Source: a virus
Reading direction: 5' to 3' (one strand)
Virus record (IMG/VR): IMGVR_UViG_3300045242_000214
Coordinates: 7,880-71,879 of that record
Length of the DNA stretch: 64,000 nt
Made by a program: the position numbers and the translations under genes. The notes beneath the pieces are model-generated. The model ran no database searches, was not told where the DNA came from, and worked only from the letters and a program-made list of their open reading frames with translations. Positions 36,461 to 47,602 of this stretch are shown in pieces; the stretch's first letter is position 1, and every line of letters starts with the position of its first letter.

Positions 36461-37906
36461 TTACGCCGCCTCCCCTCTCATGCCGGTCAGGTTCGCGGCG
36501 CCCATGTGGTAGGTCTCGCCCTGGTAACGGGCGTAGAGTTTCTGACCCTCCTCGGTCTTGAGCACCCTGTCGATCTTCTGCTCGCGAGTGAGGGTCTCGC
36601 CGTCCTTTTCGACGATCGCCTCGGCGGCCTTCTCGAGCTGCGACCAGGCATCGCCGGCGGTGTCCTCGCTGGTGAGGGCGGTGCGGCCAAGCTCCTTGAA
36701 CAGGTCGCCCGTCTCGACCTGCTCGTTCGCGGCCTTGAGGATCGCCTCCAGCTCGCCGAAGGTCTCCTCGGCGAGCGATTCGGCTGCGGCCTTGAGCACC
36801 GGGCCGAGCTTGTCGGCTGCCGCGAGCGCCGGCAGCTCGTCCTTGGCCTTCGCGATGTACTGCTTCTCGGCCAGGGCCTGCTCGGACTTCTCGAGCCGCT
36901 CGCGCGTGTCCTTCAACTCGCTGATGATGGCCTCCTGCGCCTTGAACACGGGCTCGAGAGTGGCGCGCTGCTCGTCGGGGACGCCGTCGAGGTCCCACGT
37001 CCCGTCTTCCTTCAGAACCGGCACTGCTGGGGTCCCCACGGTGCCTCCCTCCTCTTCGTTGGCTTTCTTCAGATCGTCTGGGTCGTCGTCCGGTACGGCC
37101 GGCTCGCCGTTCTCGTCTGCCGGGGTGTCGCGCGTGTCCTGCGACTCGCCCTTCAAAGCCTTGATCACGCGCCGGACGAGCGTCTCATCGGTCTCGTCTT
37201 CCTTGGAGACCTTCCAGTCGCCGGGGAGCGCGTCCGTGGCGCCGAGCGCCTTGGCGCGGCTGCGGATGTGAGCGCGGATCGCGTCGTGCGAGCCTTTGCC
37301 GCGGCCGACGGCGTGGATCGCGTTGTCGAGGTCACTGCGGTTCTCGATCGGGTAGCGGCCACCCGGCATCGCAGCGCCACTCGAGGCTGCGGCGCGACGC
37401 TGGTCGGCGGTGAACGTGCGCTTCGTGACCGCCGAGACTGCCGCGAACTCCTTCGCAACGTCTTCGTCGTCCTCGTCCTCGTCGTAGTCCGCCTTCCAGG
37501 TCGGCAACTCTCCGCCGCCCGAGGCTTCCCCGGTCAGTTCGTTCTCGGAGTCTTCCGGGGCTGTAGAGGTCGTGTTCAGCGGCGCGTTGCGGCGCGTGTA
37601 CATCTCGCTGCCGAGTTTCTCGACCATCTCGCGCAGCGGCTCCGGCAAATCCCCCTCGACACCCTTGAGCAGACGAACGGCTGCGACAGCGGCCTTCTGC
37701 ACCGTTTCGTCGGCGCCATCGGCGCGCAGGCCGTCGAGCATCGCGCCCTCGAACGAGGTCGGCACGGCCATGATGTCGCTGATCTCTGCATCCACGTCGG
37801 CGTCTCCCTTCAAGACGAAACGCCGCTTGTTTGCGGCTCTTTTGACCGGACTGACCTCATCCGTGTCCACGTCCTCAAGCAGGTTCACGCCCCGCCTTAT
37901 CGGCAA
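36461..37906 (-). CDS. capsid scaffolding protein with DUF6582-like insert
   Basis: DEVSPVKRAANKRRF N-terminus; MPGGRYPIENRSDLDNAIHAVGRG...IRSRAKALG; acidic coiled C-terminus. Confidence 0.7.
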   Translation of the reverse strand: MPIRRGVNLLEDVDTDEVSPVKRAANKRRFVLKGDADVDAEISDIMAVPTSFEGAMLDGLRADGADETVQKAAVAAVRLLKGVEGDLPEPLREMVEKLGSEMYTRRNAPLNTTSTAPEDSENELTGEASGGGELPTWKADYDEDEDDEDVAKEFAAVSAVTKRTFTADQRRAAASSGAAMPGGRYPIENRSDLDNAIHAVGRGKGSHDAIRAHIRSRAKALGATDALPGDWKVSKEDETDETLVRRVIKALKGESQDTRDTPADENGEPAVPDDDPDDLKKANEEEGGTVGTPAVPVLKEDGTWDLDGVPDEQRATLEPVFKAQEAIISELKDTRERLEKSEQALAEKQYIAKAKDELPALAAADKLGPVLKAAAESLAEETFGELEAILKAANEQVETGDLFKELGRTALTSEDTAGDAWSQLEKAAEAIVEKDGETLTREQKIDRVLKTEEGQKLYARYQGETYHMGAANLTGMRGEAA

Positions 37907-37909
37907 GAT

Positions 37910-39439
37910 TTAGATGAGCAGCGAACCGAGCAGATCCGGGTGCGGCTGAACCTGCCAGTCGGCAGGCTCCTGCGGCATGTAAGCGCGTGGCACCTCGGGT
38001 CCGTAATCGGCGCCCTGAAGCGAGCGCCTGACACCCGTGCCGCCCACCGAGAACCCGGTGTACTTCCCGTCGAGGAAGTCCTGCCAGAGGGCGTCGTCCT
38101 CGACGTGCATGACCATGACCCAACTTCCGGCCTTGATCATTTCCTTGCCGTCGTAGCTGAAGTCGGTGGGCGCGATGAACGACTCGACGGGGATCACACC
38201 TTTGCCGTCGCGCTTGAAGCCCTGCGTGCGATGCTGCAGCTTGGCGACGGTCGCCTTGCCGCGGATGATCCGCTTCATGTAGGCGTGGGCGGCCTTCTCG
38301 ACGTGCTTCGGGAGCATGAAGTCGTCCTGCGAATCCATCGCGTTCGGCTCGAGCACGACGCCGCAGGCGAGTTGCTTCCACTGGTCGGCTTTACGCACGG
38401 GCAGAAACTCGCCGCGCAGCACCGACTCGTCCTTGCGCTTGCGTCCCTGACCGACATAGGAGACCGAGATATCCGGGAGCGGCACGTTCACATGCACGCT
38501 CGCCAGTCCGGGTCCGACCTCGCCGAGCGTCTGGGATGACGGTAGCGCCGAGGAGGCGCCGAGATCGCCGGCAGGGGGTATGTCTCCGGCGGGACCGTCG
38601 GCGCCATCCTTGGCTAACTCCCCACCGGCGAGTGCGGCGAGCTCGCGCCAGGAGTGGGGAGCATCGGAGTAATGGGAGACGACGTTCGGATTGACCCAGC
38701 GCATGTCCCCCTGCACGTCCTGGAGGAAGTCGCCGGTCTCGACCTTGAGCACGTCGCCCTTGCGAGCGCGCACGCGCGTTGGCAGGGTGCGACCGACGTA
38801 GTGACCGTCGCGAGAAGCCATCCGGTAGACGCGCATCCCGCCGGGGGCGTTGGAGACACCGTGCACGCGCAGGTGCAGCGTCGTCGGACGCGCGTCTCCC
38901 TTCGCAACCTTCGTCCAGGGACGAGAAGCACGTAGCTCATCACGGATTGCAGGGCTACGCTTCATGTCGTCGGGATGCCACCAGGCTGCGACCTCGACGT
39001 CGTCGCCGTCAGGATCATCCGGATTGAGCACGCGCCGGTCCTCCGGGTCGAGGTTCAGCTTGACGGAATCCTCATTTGGGACCTGATGGACGAATCCGTG
39101 GTAGATGCCACTGCGCCATTGGCCCGCGTGCTCGCCCTTCGGCAGGCGCAGTCCCATTTCCTCTTGCCACTCGCGACGCGCACCGTCGTAAGGATGCTCG
39201 CCGTCCTCAAGTTTGCCGCCCGGAAATTCCCACTTGCCCGCCGCAGGGTCTTTCGGATCTGAGGTCGAGCGCTGAATCATCAACACGCGCCTCGTGTTCT
39301 TAGCCCTCACCGCGATTCCTGCCGCCTTCGGTGCCGTGCCCTTGCCAATCCGCATCGGCTCAAGCCGGTTGGTCATCTCCGCGACGCGGTCAAGATCATC
39401 CTGATCCCAGGTCGCAGCGTTGAGCGTGCCGTCTCTCAT
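37910..39439 (-). CDS. NUDIX hydrolase fused to XkdF-like capsid maturation protease
   Basis: WEFPGGKLEDGEHPYDGARREWQEEMG (Nudix box); GVVLEPNAMDSQDD, VESFIAP, GSWVM, GKYTGFSVGG (XkdF). Confidence 0.85.
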   Translation of the reverse strand: MRDGTLNAATWDQDDLDRVAEMTNRLEPMRIGKGTAPKAAGIAVRAKNTRRVLMIQRSTSDPKDPAAGKWEFPGGKLEDGEHPYDGARREWQEEMGLRLPKGEHAGQWRSGIYHGFVHQVPNEDSVKLNLDPEDRRVLNPDDPDGDDVEVAAWWHPDDMKRSPAIRDELRASRPWTKVAKGDARPTTLHLRVHGVSNAPGGMRVYRMASRDGHYVGRTLPTRVRARKGDVLKVETGDFLQDVQGDMRWVNPNVVSHYSDAPHSWRELAALAGGELAKDGADGPAGDIPPAGDLGASSALPSSQTLGEVGPGLASVHVNVPLPDISVSYVGQGRKRKDESVLRGEFLPVRKADQWKQLACGVVLEPNAMDSQDDFMLPKHVEKAAHAYMKRIIRGKATVAKLQHRTQGFKRDGKGVIPVESFIAPTDFSYDGKEMIKAGSWVMVMHVEDDALWQDFLDGKYTGFSVGGTGVRRSLQGADYGPEVPRAYMPQEPADWQVQPHPDLLGSLLI

Positions 39440-41871
39440 TTTGCTGTCAGCCTGTCCGACGCCGGCGTGTCCGGACCCGGCCGCGTCACCACTCGCGGCG
39501 AGAAATCGTGGCCCTCCTTTGGTTCCGGCAGGCCGCCCTGGTTCATCGCCCACGGCAGCACCGTCTCCCAGTCGATCGGGGCTCCGGACTGGCCGAGCCG
39601 CATGATGTAGTTGCCGAGTGTGTCCAGGTCAACCGTCTCCACCGCTCCGTGCGCCAGGGACGGCTGCGGCATCGTGAATCCGTTCAGCGCCCAGAGGCGC
39701 GGCACCAGCTGCGTGTTGATCACCGACGAGATGATGTCCAGATACGCGCCGAGCGACGCGGCGAACAGGTCCTTCTTCGTCACCGCCAACGCGTATGAGC
39801 CGACCTTGTCCTGGCCCATCATCACGAGGTCGGCGAGGACGGAGGTTGCGATTCGGTTCTCGTAGCGCGAGATCGCGCCGCTGATGTCGAGTTGGCGTGT
39901 GCCGCCCGTCGTCAGCAGTTCGAGCACCCAGCCGTCCGGCAGCACGATCCCCTCTTGCTCGTCGCGGCGAATCGACGAAACGACGTTCTGGGCGAGCGTC
40001 CGCATCGCGGCCATCGCCGGGTCGTTCGAATCCCAGATGTCGACGCCTGGCGGGGGATGCAACATCGGCAGACCAGCGAGGTCGCGCTCCATCCCGATGC
40101 CCTCCAGGTTTTGGAGGTTGCGGGTGAAGTAGAAAGCTCTGTACGCGTTGCGAAGTATCGAATTATGGGTGGGTACCATTGCGCGCCCTGCAAGAAATAG
40201 CCCACCTGGCTCGCCAACCTGAATGCAGACCGTGCGCTGTCTCGGGGCTGGCTCAATGCGACTGACCATGTGCGCCGAGGACTTGTGACTACGACGCAGA
40301 ACTTGCCGCTCCCGCTTGCGCTCAAGACGAAATACCCAGCGATCTAGGGCGAAATGTACGCGGTAGTTCGGCTTCGTCGCTACCACTGCGCGCCCATTCA
40401 ACATGCCCGCGAAGTGACCAGCTTTTGTTGTTACCTGAACATGCGGTATCCCACCGAGGGATCGCACCAACTCTTCACAATCAGCGATCAGTCTCCGATC
40501 GCTATTGAAGAACATGCAGCTTCCGATGTTTCCGATCGCGCCATCTGAGTCCATAAGTCCTTGCAGGAGAGCAAGTCGCGCGTCCGGGTCGGCCTGCAAG
40601 TACATCCTTGGCACATGTTTGTTGCCGAGCAGTCCAAGCCCTCTTAGGACCGTGCGAAGACCGGCGACACCAAGATAGCCGCTGCCGTAGTCGGTGTGCT
40701 CGAAACCAGCGAGGCGGATCTGGTCGACTAGATGAGGAAGGTCGCGCTCACCGTATGAAATGCGACCGTCTCGAGCGTTGCCATCCCCAAGCCAATATCC
40801 GAGCACATACGGGTCGAGAGGCAGATGAGTCGTTGTGCCTCGCAAACGCGGTGTCATCCCGAACGAGAAATGCGGTCTGCTATGAGTCTCGAGATGCTCG
40901 GCCATCTGCTGCGTCGTCAGCAGATGCTTGCGTTCGCGCGAATGAGTCTTCGTTACTGACCACAGATGGTTCGCGTCCGCGACGATGGATTGCCCCTCTG
41001 TCAGCACGACCTCGTAGCACGGACGGTCATCCCAGGACGCTACTCCGACGACAGGGGTGGGTTCCCCTTCGGCATCGTAAACGAAGTCACCAACCTTCAA
41101 CTCGTCCATGCGGCGCCATCCATCCGGCGTAGGAACTGGGGTGTCGGCTGCGAGAGCCCGCCCTTCCGGATTTTGCTTGAAAATCGTCGTACGGAAGTGC
41201 AGGGCTTTCTCTGTCGGAATGAACCGCAGCAAATAGTCGGGCGGCGGGTTCTGGATCAAGCCCTCGATCTGGCCGGTGTCATCGAACACCCATTTCCAGA
41301 GCGAGTCCTGGGAGCGCCCCGGTAGTCCAGCGAGGGCGATCTGACCATCGTCGAAGCGGGAGTTGAGGCTCGAGTCACGGTTCTCGCCGTTCCGCTTCTT
41401 GTAGACCGTCTCCTGCCACGAGTAGCCGTAGCCGAGGAACGAGATGATGTCGGTGATCGTGTCCGGCCAGGAGGTGCGCATGTCGTTCAAGACGCCCCAG
41501 AGCCACTCGGCCTGCTGGGATCCCTTTGGCTCGCACCACCAGGTCACGCGGCGCATGAGCATCGTGATCGCGTACATGATCGCGCCGATGATCGGATCCT
41601 GGTCCTGCATTTCACGGTAGACCTCGGCGGCACGTCGCCCTTGCTGAAGCTCGCGCAGCCACTCCTCGAAGACAAAGCCGCCCCAGTGTCTGAGACCGGA
41701 GCGGCCGAGCTCCTCGTAGATGTCGCCGCCGAGACCGAGACTGCCGCGCGATTGCGGCGTGGCGGCCTTGCTCATCGTGACGAGTTCGCGAGGCCCGAAG
41801 TCACCGACGATGTGGCGAATGTCCCCGTTGCCGTTGCGGGGGACGGTGTACTCGGGGAGGCCGCTGCTCAC
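39436..41871 (-). CDS. portal protein (DUF935-like) containing an intein
   Basis: ELGRSGL..WGGFVFEEWLRELQ, NPEGR/SILRNAY, EGIGMERDLAGLP, GSYALA. Confidence 0.88.
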   Translation of the reverse strand: MSSGLPEYTVPRNGNGDIRHIVGDFGPRELVTMSKAATPQSRGSLGLGGDIYEELGRSGLRHWGGFVFEEWLRELQQGRRAAEVYREMQDQDPIIGAIMYAITMLMRRVTWWCEPKGSQQAEWLWGVLNDMRTSWPDTITDIISFLGYGYSWQETVYKKRNGENRDSSLNSRFDDGQIALAGLPGRSQDSLWKWVFDDTGQIEGLIQNPPPDYLLRFIPTEKALHFRTTIFKQNPEGRALAADTPVPTPDGWRRMDELKVGDFVYDAEGEPTPVVGVASWDDRPCYEVVLTEGQSIVADANHLWSVTKTHSRERKHLLTTQQMAEHLETHSRPHFSFGMTPRLRGTTTHLPLDPYVLGYWLGDGNARDGRISYGERDLPHLVDQIRLAGFEHTDYGSGYLGVAGLRTVLRGLGLLGNKHVPRMYLQADPDARLALLQGLMDSDGAIGNIGSCMFFNSDRRLIADCEELVRSLGGIPHVQVTTKAGHFAGMLNGRAVVATKPNYRVHFALDRWVFRLERKRERQVLRRSHKSSAHMVSRIEPAPRQRTVCIQVGEPGGLFLAGRAMVPTHNSILRNAYRAFYFTRNLQNLEGIGMERDLAGLPMLHPPPGVDIWDSNDPAMAAMRTLAQNVVSSIRRDEQEGIVLPDGWVLELLTTGGTRQLDISGAISRYENRIATSVLADLVMMGQDKVGSYALAVTKKDLFAASLGAYLDIISSVINTQLVPRLWALNGFTMPQPSLAHGAVETVDLDTLGNYIMRLGQSGAPIDWETVLPWAMNQGGLPEPKEGHDFSPRVVTRPGPDTPASDRLTAK
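40162..41157 (-). mobile_element. class 3 intein with LAGLIDADG endonuclease (332 aa)
   Basis: starts ALAADTPVPTPDGW; WCT triad (HLW, VCIQV, PTHN); Ser+1; LGYWLGDG and LQGLMDSDG. Confidence 0.88.
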
Positions 41872-42668
41872 GAGTCGAGACTATCGCGCAGCCGGGAAAG
41901 TCCGACGCTGCGTATCTGGCGTGCTTCCTCGACCGTCTTTGCTCGCGGCACGCCCTGTATCGGCTGGGGCGCGTCGCCGTAGCGGTGGTGACGCTTCATC
42001 TCGGCGACCATCTGCTCGTAGCCTCCGGTCTGATGGGCACGTTGCAGCATGGAGTCGTCCTTCGTCTGATAGTGAAAGAGTGTCTCGTAGCAGCCGACAT
42101 AGCGGGCGCCGCGCATCATGAGGTCGACGTGGAGGTCGTAGTCCTCGAGCGCGAGCGTCATCTTCGCGTTCCAGCCGCCGACGCAGCGCAGCATCTTCGC
42201 GCGGTAGAGGCTGGCGTAATAGCAGCGGTTGTATTGCCACATCACGTCGAGCGTGACATCTTCGATACGGCGATCGAAGCCAGGCCCGTAGGTGCCGTTC
42301 CTGGTCGGCCCGTGCTCCTGCAGACCCGGCACGACGACGTCGGCGTTCTTGAGCAGCGGCACGGTCTTCTCGATGTAGTGCTCGTCGATCCAATCGTCCG
42401 CGTCGAGCGGCAGGAAGGCGTCTCCCTCCGCGAGCATCAGTGCGACGTTCCGGGCGCCGGCGAGCCCGCGATTCGTGACCTGGACGAGGCGCACGTCGGT
42501 GTGGCCCGTGCAGATGCCGGCGATCTCGCTGGCCTCGTCGGGCGGTGAGCCGTCGTCGACCACGATGACCTCCAGCGCGGGCCAAGTCTGGGCGAGAGCA
42601 CTTTCAAGGGCGCGGTCAAGCGTGTCAGCCTGGCCATAGCAAGGGATCGCGACGGTGACAGAGGTCAT
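41868..42668 (-). CDS. glycosyltransferase family 2
   Basis: VTVAIPCY, VIVVDDGS, NRGLAGARN, FLPLDADD, LEDYD. Confidence 0.9.
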   Translation of the reverse strand: MTSVTVAIPCYGQADTLDRALESALAQTWPALEVIVVDDGSPPDEASEIAGICTGHTDVRLVQVTNRGLAGARNVALMLAEGDAFLPLDADDWIDEHYIEKTVPLLKNADVVVPGLQEHGPTRNGTYGPGFDRRIEDVTLDVMWQYNRCYYASLYRAKMLRCVGGWNAKMTLALEDYDLHVDLMMRGARYVGCYETLFHYQTKDDSMLQRAHQTGGYEQMVAEMKRHHRYGDAPQPIQGVPRAKTVEEARQIRSVGLSRLRDSLDS

Positions 42669-43390
42669 AGCGCCGCCACCAGCTGCCGCATGAGGGATTC
42701 GCGTTGGCCCCAGTTCGGCACTCGGTTCCAGTGGGTCGTATTCGTCAGGTGCACGAAGTCTGAGATGCGCTCGACCGCGTCCGAGTGCGTCGTGCCGTTC
42801 GTGGTCCTGATCCAGTCGTAGCCGTACGAGATCGGCGGCAAAGCGTTGAGTTGTTCCTCGGTGATGAGGTTCGCGAGCTGCGCGCCCGTGTCGACGCCAG
42901 GGAGGCTGTCGAAGTCGGGCATACGGCCATCCAACCAATCGCGGCGGAAGAATACGAAGCCGGGCCAGAGGTAGACCTGGCCGTTCTCGCCATTGCGCTG
43001 GCCGACGCCGAAGAAGCCACACGGTTCGACGAGGGCAAGCAACGACGTTGGGCGACATGGGAAGACGTCGTGGTCCAAGAAGCCGAGCACGGGCGCCTGC
43101 CGGTTCATCAGGTCCGCGCAGGCGTGGTGAAGAGCGTCCTCGTGTAGCCGCTTCCCGTCTCTCGCAGCCCGCAGCGGGACACGCGTGTAGCGCGCACCTT
43201 GGGCCTTGCAAAGCTGCTGGATGTCCCAGGCCACCTTCGCGTCGTTCGAGTTGTCGTACACCGAGAGGACGAACGAGTCGGTCAGGTACTTCGGGTAGAG
43301 ACGCAACGCCTCTTCGACGACCCAAACGACGTCGGAGACGATCATCGCCAGATCGAGCTCGGCCTCGCAGATGTCGCTCACATCAGCCAT
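42665..43390 (-). CDS. GT-A-like glycosyltransferase
   Basis: VYDNS, H..AL, FLDHDVFP, YLWPGF, DTG; start 43390 or 43381. Confidence 0.6.
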   Translation of the reverse strand: MADVSDICEAELDLAMIVSDVVWVVEEALRLYPKYLTDSFVLSVYDNSNDAKVAWDIQQLCKAQGARYTRVPLRAARDGKRLHEDALHHACADLMNRQAPVLGFLDHDVFPCRPTSLLALVEPCGFFGVGQRNGENGQVYLWPGFVFFRRDWLDGRMPDFDSLPGVDTGAQLANLITEEQLNALPPISYGYDWIRTTNGTTHSDAVERISDFVHLTNTTHWNRVPNWGQRESLMRQLVAAL

Positions 43391-44423
43391 CGACGATTCT
43401 CCAGTGTCCAGCAAACGGTGCGTCGGAGTGACTCGGCCAAAGGGATCGGAGGCTTCCAGCCGAGTGCTGCCATCCTCGATCCGTCAAGGGCATATCTGAG
43501 ATCATGGCCTGGCCGGCTCTCGTGCCAGTTGACGAGCTCGTAGTCGATCTTGCGGTTCGCGTAGGTGGCGATCATCCCGGCCATCTTCAGGTTGTCGACC
43601 TCGCGCTCCCCGACCACGTTCCAGCGTCCCATCTCAGTGCTATCCGCGTAGATGGGGAACGGCTGCGTCCGAAGCAGGAACAGCAGAGCGTCGGCCTGGT
43701 TGCGGGCGTGGAGGTAGTAGCGCGACCCGATGCTGACCGGCCGGGCGTACTCGTCGACGCTCGCGTGGATTGGGACGGTCTGGCCGGCCAGCACCTTCGA
43801 CAGGACGAGCGGCACGAACTTCTCGGGGTCCTGGCGCTCGCCGATGATATTCATGGTGTTGGAGATCCCAACCGGCAACCCGTACGTCCGCCAGTACGAG
43901 TAGATGATGTCCTCCTGCGCCGCCTTCGACGCCGAGTACGGGTTGGACGGCCGGTGCGGCTCGCCCTCGACGTGGTTGTGACCGACCGAGGCTGGTCCGT
44001 ACACCTCGTCCGTCGAGACGTGCAGGAACTTCTCGACCGGATGCTCGCGCACGTAGTCGAGCAGGGTCAGGACGAGCTGGACGTTGTTCTCGATGAAGCT
44101 GCGCGGCTCGGTGATGCTGCGGTCGACATGGGATTCTGACGCGATCGAGACGAGGTAGTCGATCTCGCCGATCCGCTCAGCGAGCTGCGCGTCGATCGGG
44201 GCACGGAGGTCATGGGTGAGGACGGTGACCCGATCTCTCCAAGTGAATGAGGATCGGCCCTGCGGCGTGCGATCGTGTGCATCAAGCACCTCACGGATCC
44301 GGCTCGTCTTGCCGCGATGCCGGAACGAGTCGAGGCAGATGATCTCCCAGTCGGTGTTTTCCAGGGCATGTTCGAGAAAATGGTGCCCCACAAATCCACC
44401 CGCTCCGGTGAGGAGGACGCGCT

Positions 44424-44427
<4 letters not shown>
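43378..44427 (-). CDS. rmlB: NDP-sugar 4,6-dehydratase (RmlB-like)
   Basis: TGAGGFVG, ASESHVDRSI, HVSTDEVYG, PYSASKAA, RPGHDLRYALD. Confidence 0.85.
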
Positions 44428-45337
<910 letters not shown>

Positions 45338-45341
<4 letters not shown>

Positions 45342-46180
45342 GAGACCGCCTCGATGAACCTGCGCAGGCGTTCATCCGCTTCGTCCTTGTCGCGGACCTC
45401 CCAGTTGCCACCGCCGCCGAGGTGGACGAAGATGCCGCCGTACGTCTCGCTGGCTCGGTAGTGGTCGTGCTGTGTGTTGGAGTCCCAGCGGAAGAAGTCC
45501 TGCAAACGGTCAGGAAGAGCGCCGTTCGCCGAGAAGGTATGAGCACGAGCCGAGCAGATCCCGAAGGAACCGAAGCCGCCCTGGTTCGCCTTGAGGAAGA
45601 GGTAGAGCATGCCCCCGACGTCGCAGGGCGTGTCATTGATGTGGGCGCAGTCGAGATTGAAAAGGCCCATGCCAGCCGCTCGCCTCGGGTCGACGAGGAG
45701 CAGGCCGTTCCAGAGGTAGATGATCCCGTCGCGGGTCTGCGGCACACCCCAGATCGGCTTGATGGCCAGGAGGTTTTTCGGCTCGACCGGGCTGTACGGG
45801 ACCATGTCGGCGTCGAGGATCAGGATCGGCTCATCCGACTCACCGAGCAGCAGGTTGACGCCGAACTGGACGGCGTCAGCGCAGCGCGTGTTCGCGTTCT
45901 CGACGTTGGCGAATTCCTCTGGCTCGTTGGGAAAGACCTGGCGCCGGTCGGTGTGCCACTCCTGCGGGAAGCGATGCTCTTGTGCTCCGATTGGCAGACA
46001 GGCCGCGGTGATCTCTGCAACCGTGCCGCGTCTCCAGTTGTTCGAGAAGTGCTCATCCTCCTGCGCATCGTTGACGACGTGGAGTTCGTATGGATGGTGG
46101 GCCATGTGCCGGACCAGCGCTTTCCCTTGCGCGACAAGCAAGTCGCCGGACGTGCAGGCGGTGACAAGGACACGAATCAT
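45338..46180 (-). CDS. GT-A-like glycosyltransferase
   Basis: VVNDA, LILDADM, YLWNGL, DVGG; paralogous to 42665..43390. Confidence 0.6.
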
Positions 46181-46737
46181 TCGAGCAGACCCATGCCGAC
46201 GCGTTCGGTGACCTCGCTCCAGCTGCGGCCGTACATCGCCGCCCAAGTGCGAGCCGCGTCACCAGGCCCCGCACCGTTCGTGTCGTGAATCAGCATCGGC
46301 GCGTCAGGAACGAGACGCTGGATCAGGGCGATCTCCCTCGTCACCATCACGGCCGAATGGTCACCGTCGAGGAAGAACAGCGGTCGCCTTGGTTGCTGGC
46401 GCTTCCACCGAATCAGCGACTCGGTGACGCCGTCGCCGCGCCAGGCAAACACGCCTGTGTCCTTGATGTGCATGCCGCAGTTGACGCCCGGATGTTGCCC
46501 ATCCAGGTCTCGCAACTCGTCGGGCAATTCGGTCGTGTTGATGGCTGCCTCAAAGCCCAGGCGCAGGTCACACTCCCAGAAGATGCGAGCCGAGCAGCCC
46601 GAACCCGTACCCCACTCGGCAACGAAGTCCGGGCGCAGCCGCTCCATCGTGTCGCACATGAATTGAAGCTCCTCTCCCGGATAGCCTCCGACAGCCAACG
46701 GGAAGGCCTCCACTACCTGACTCGCGAGGTCACTCAC
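46177..46737 (-). CDS. class I SAM methyltransferase (Methyltransf_24-like)
   Basis: EWGTGSG, FLDGDHS, LIHDT. Confidence 0.8.
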   Translation of the reverse strand: MSDLASQVVEAFPLAVGGYPGEELQFMCDTMERLRPDFVAEWGTGSGCSARIFWECDLRLGFEAAINTTELPDELRDLDGQHPGVNCGMHIKDTGVFAWRGDGVTESLIRWKRQQPRRPLFFLDGDHSAVMVTREIALIQRLVPDAPMLIHDTNGAGPGDAARTWAAMYGRSWSEVTERVGMGLLE

Positions 46738-46922
46738 GGTCGCTTCGCTATCAGCCGCACGGTGCCTAGCGGGCCGTCGTCCTTGCTCAGCTGTCGATCC
46801 TCGGATAACTCGCTCGGGAGGAGCAGGATCTCGCCGCCGGCACGCTCAACCAGGATCGCAAGAAAACGCAGGACCTCCTCGTGCTGGCGTCGCAGCTGGC
46901 GGAAGTCGCTCTCGAGGTTCAT
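46734..46922 (-). CDS. hypothetical protein
   Basis: coupled ORF. Confidence 0.5.
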   Translation of the reverse strand: MNLESDFRQLRRQHEEVLRFLAILVERAGGEILLLPSELSEDRQLSKDDGPLGTVRLIAKRP

Positions 46923-47602
46923 CGGCCGGTCAGCGCCCGCTGCTCGGGTGTCTTGTCGAGGGCGAGGATCCGCGGCTGGTACTTCTCCGTCCAGACGACG
47001 CGTTCGTAATACGACGAGTCGGCCGGATGGCAGTAGGCGGGCGAGAGGAAGGACTTGTATCCGCGATAGGCCACCGCAGCTGCATTGAGTCCACTCTCAT
47101 CGTTCCATCGAGCCGTGATTCCGCGAACGCGGTCCTCGTCGATTCGCCTCACGACCATACGGGCGAGATCCTGAAACTCGCGGCGCTCTCCGCCGACAAA
47201 TCCGCCGGCGAAGTAGTGATGCCGTTTCTCCAACGGCACGTAGGAGGCGGACTCAGGGCGGTCCTCGAATGGCAACTCCTCGGCCGACTTGCCGACGTAG
47301 CCGGGATGGAGGGTGAGAACGACTCCGTCCTCGTCCTGCGGCAGGACTTCGGCTTCAATCGGAGCGACGCACAACATGTCGCAATCCACCATGTAGAGAT
47401 ACGTGCTGGTGAACTTCTCGCGCAGCAGTCTGTGGTAGCGCAAAAGCGTGCCATCTGGCCAACCAGAGGGTCCGTCGAGGACGACATACTCCTGTCGGCC
47501 GCACGGCTGGAAGAACTCGCGGGCCGACTCCATCAGCGCCTCGGCGTATTGCTCGTAAATAGCACCACCCGCGACTGCGACCAGCGTGCAGGACTCAGAC
47601 AC
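46919..47602 (-). CDS. glycosyltransferase family 6 (ABO-like)
   Basis: [60 protein letters not shown]. Confidence 0.85.
   Translation of the reverse strand: MSESCTLVAVAGGAIYEQYAEALMESAREFFQPCGRQEYVVLDGPSGWPDGTLLRYHRLLREKFTSTYLYMVDCDMLCVAPIEAEVLPQDEDGVVLTLHPGYVGKSAEELPFEDRPESASYVPLEKRHHYFAGGFVGGERREFQDLARMVVRRIDEDRVRGITARWNDESGLNAAAVAYRGYKSFLSPAYCHPADSSYYERVVWTEKYQPRILALDKTPEQRALTGR

Noticed and set aside
41868-43325. 485-aa ORF, and similar long N-terminal extensions at 6905..7873, 59972..61222 and 52792..53829
   Set aside because: Extensions overlap other genes; coupled internal starts fit better.
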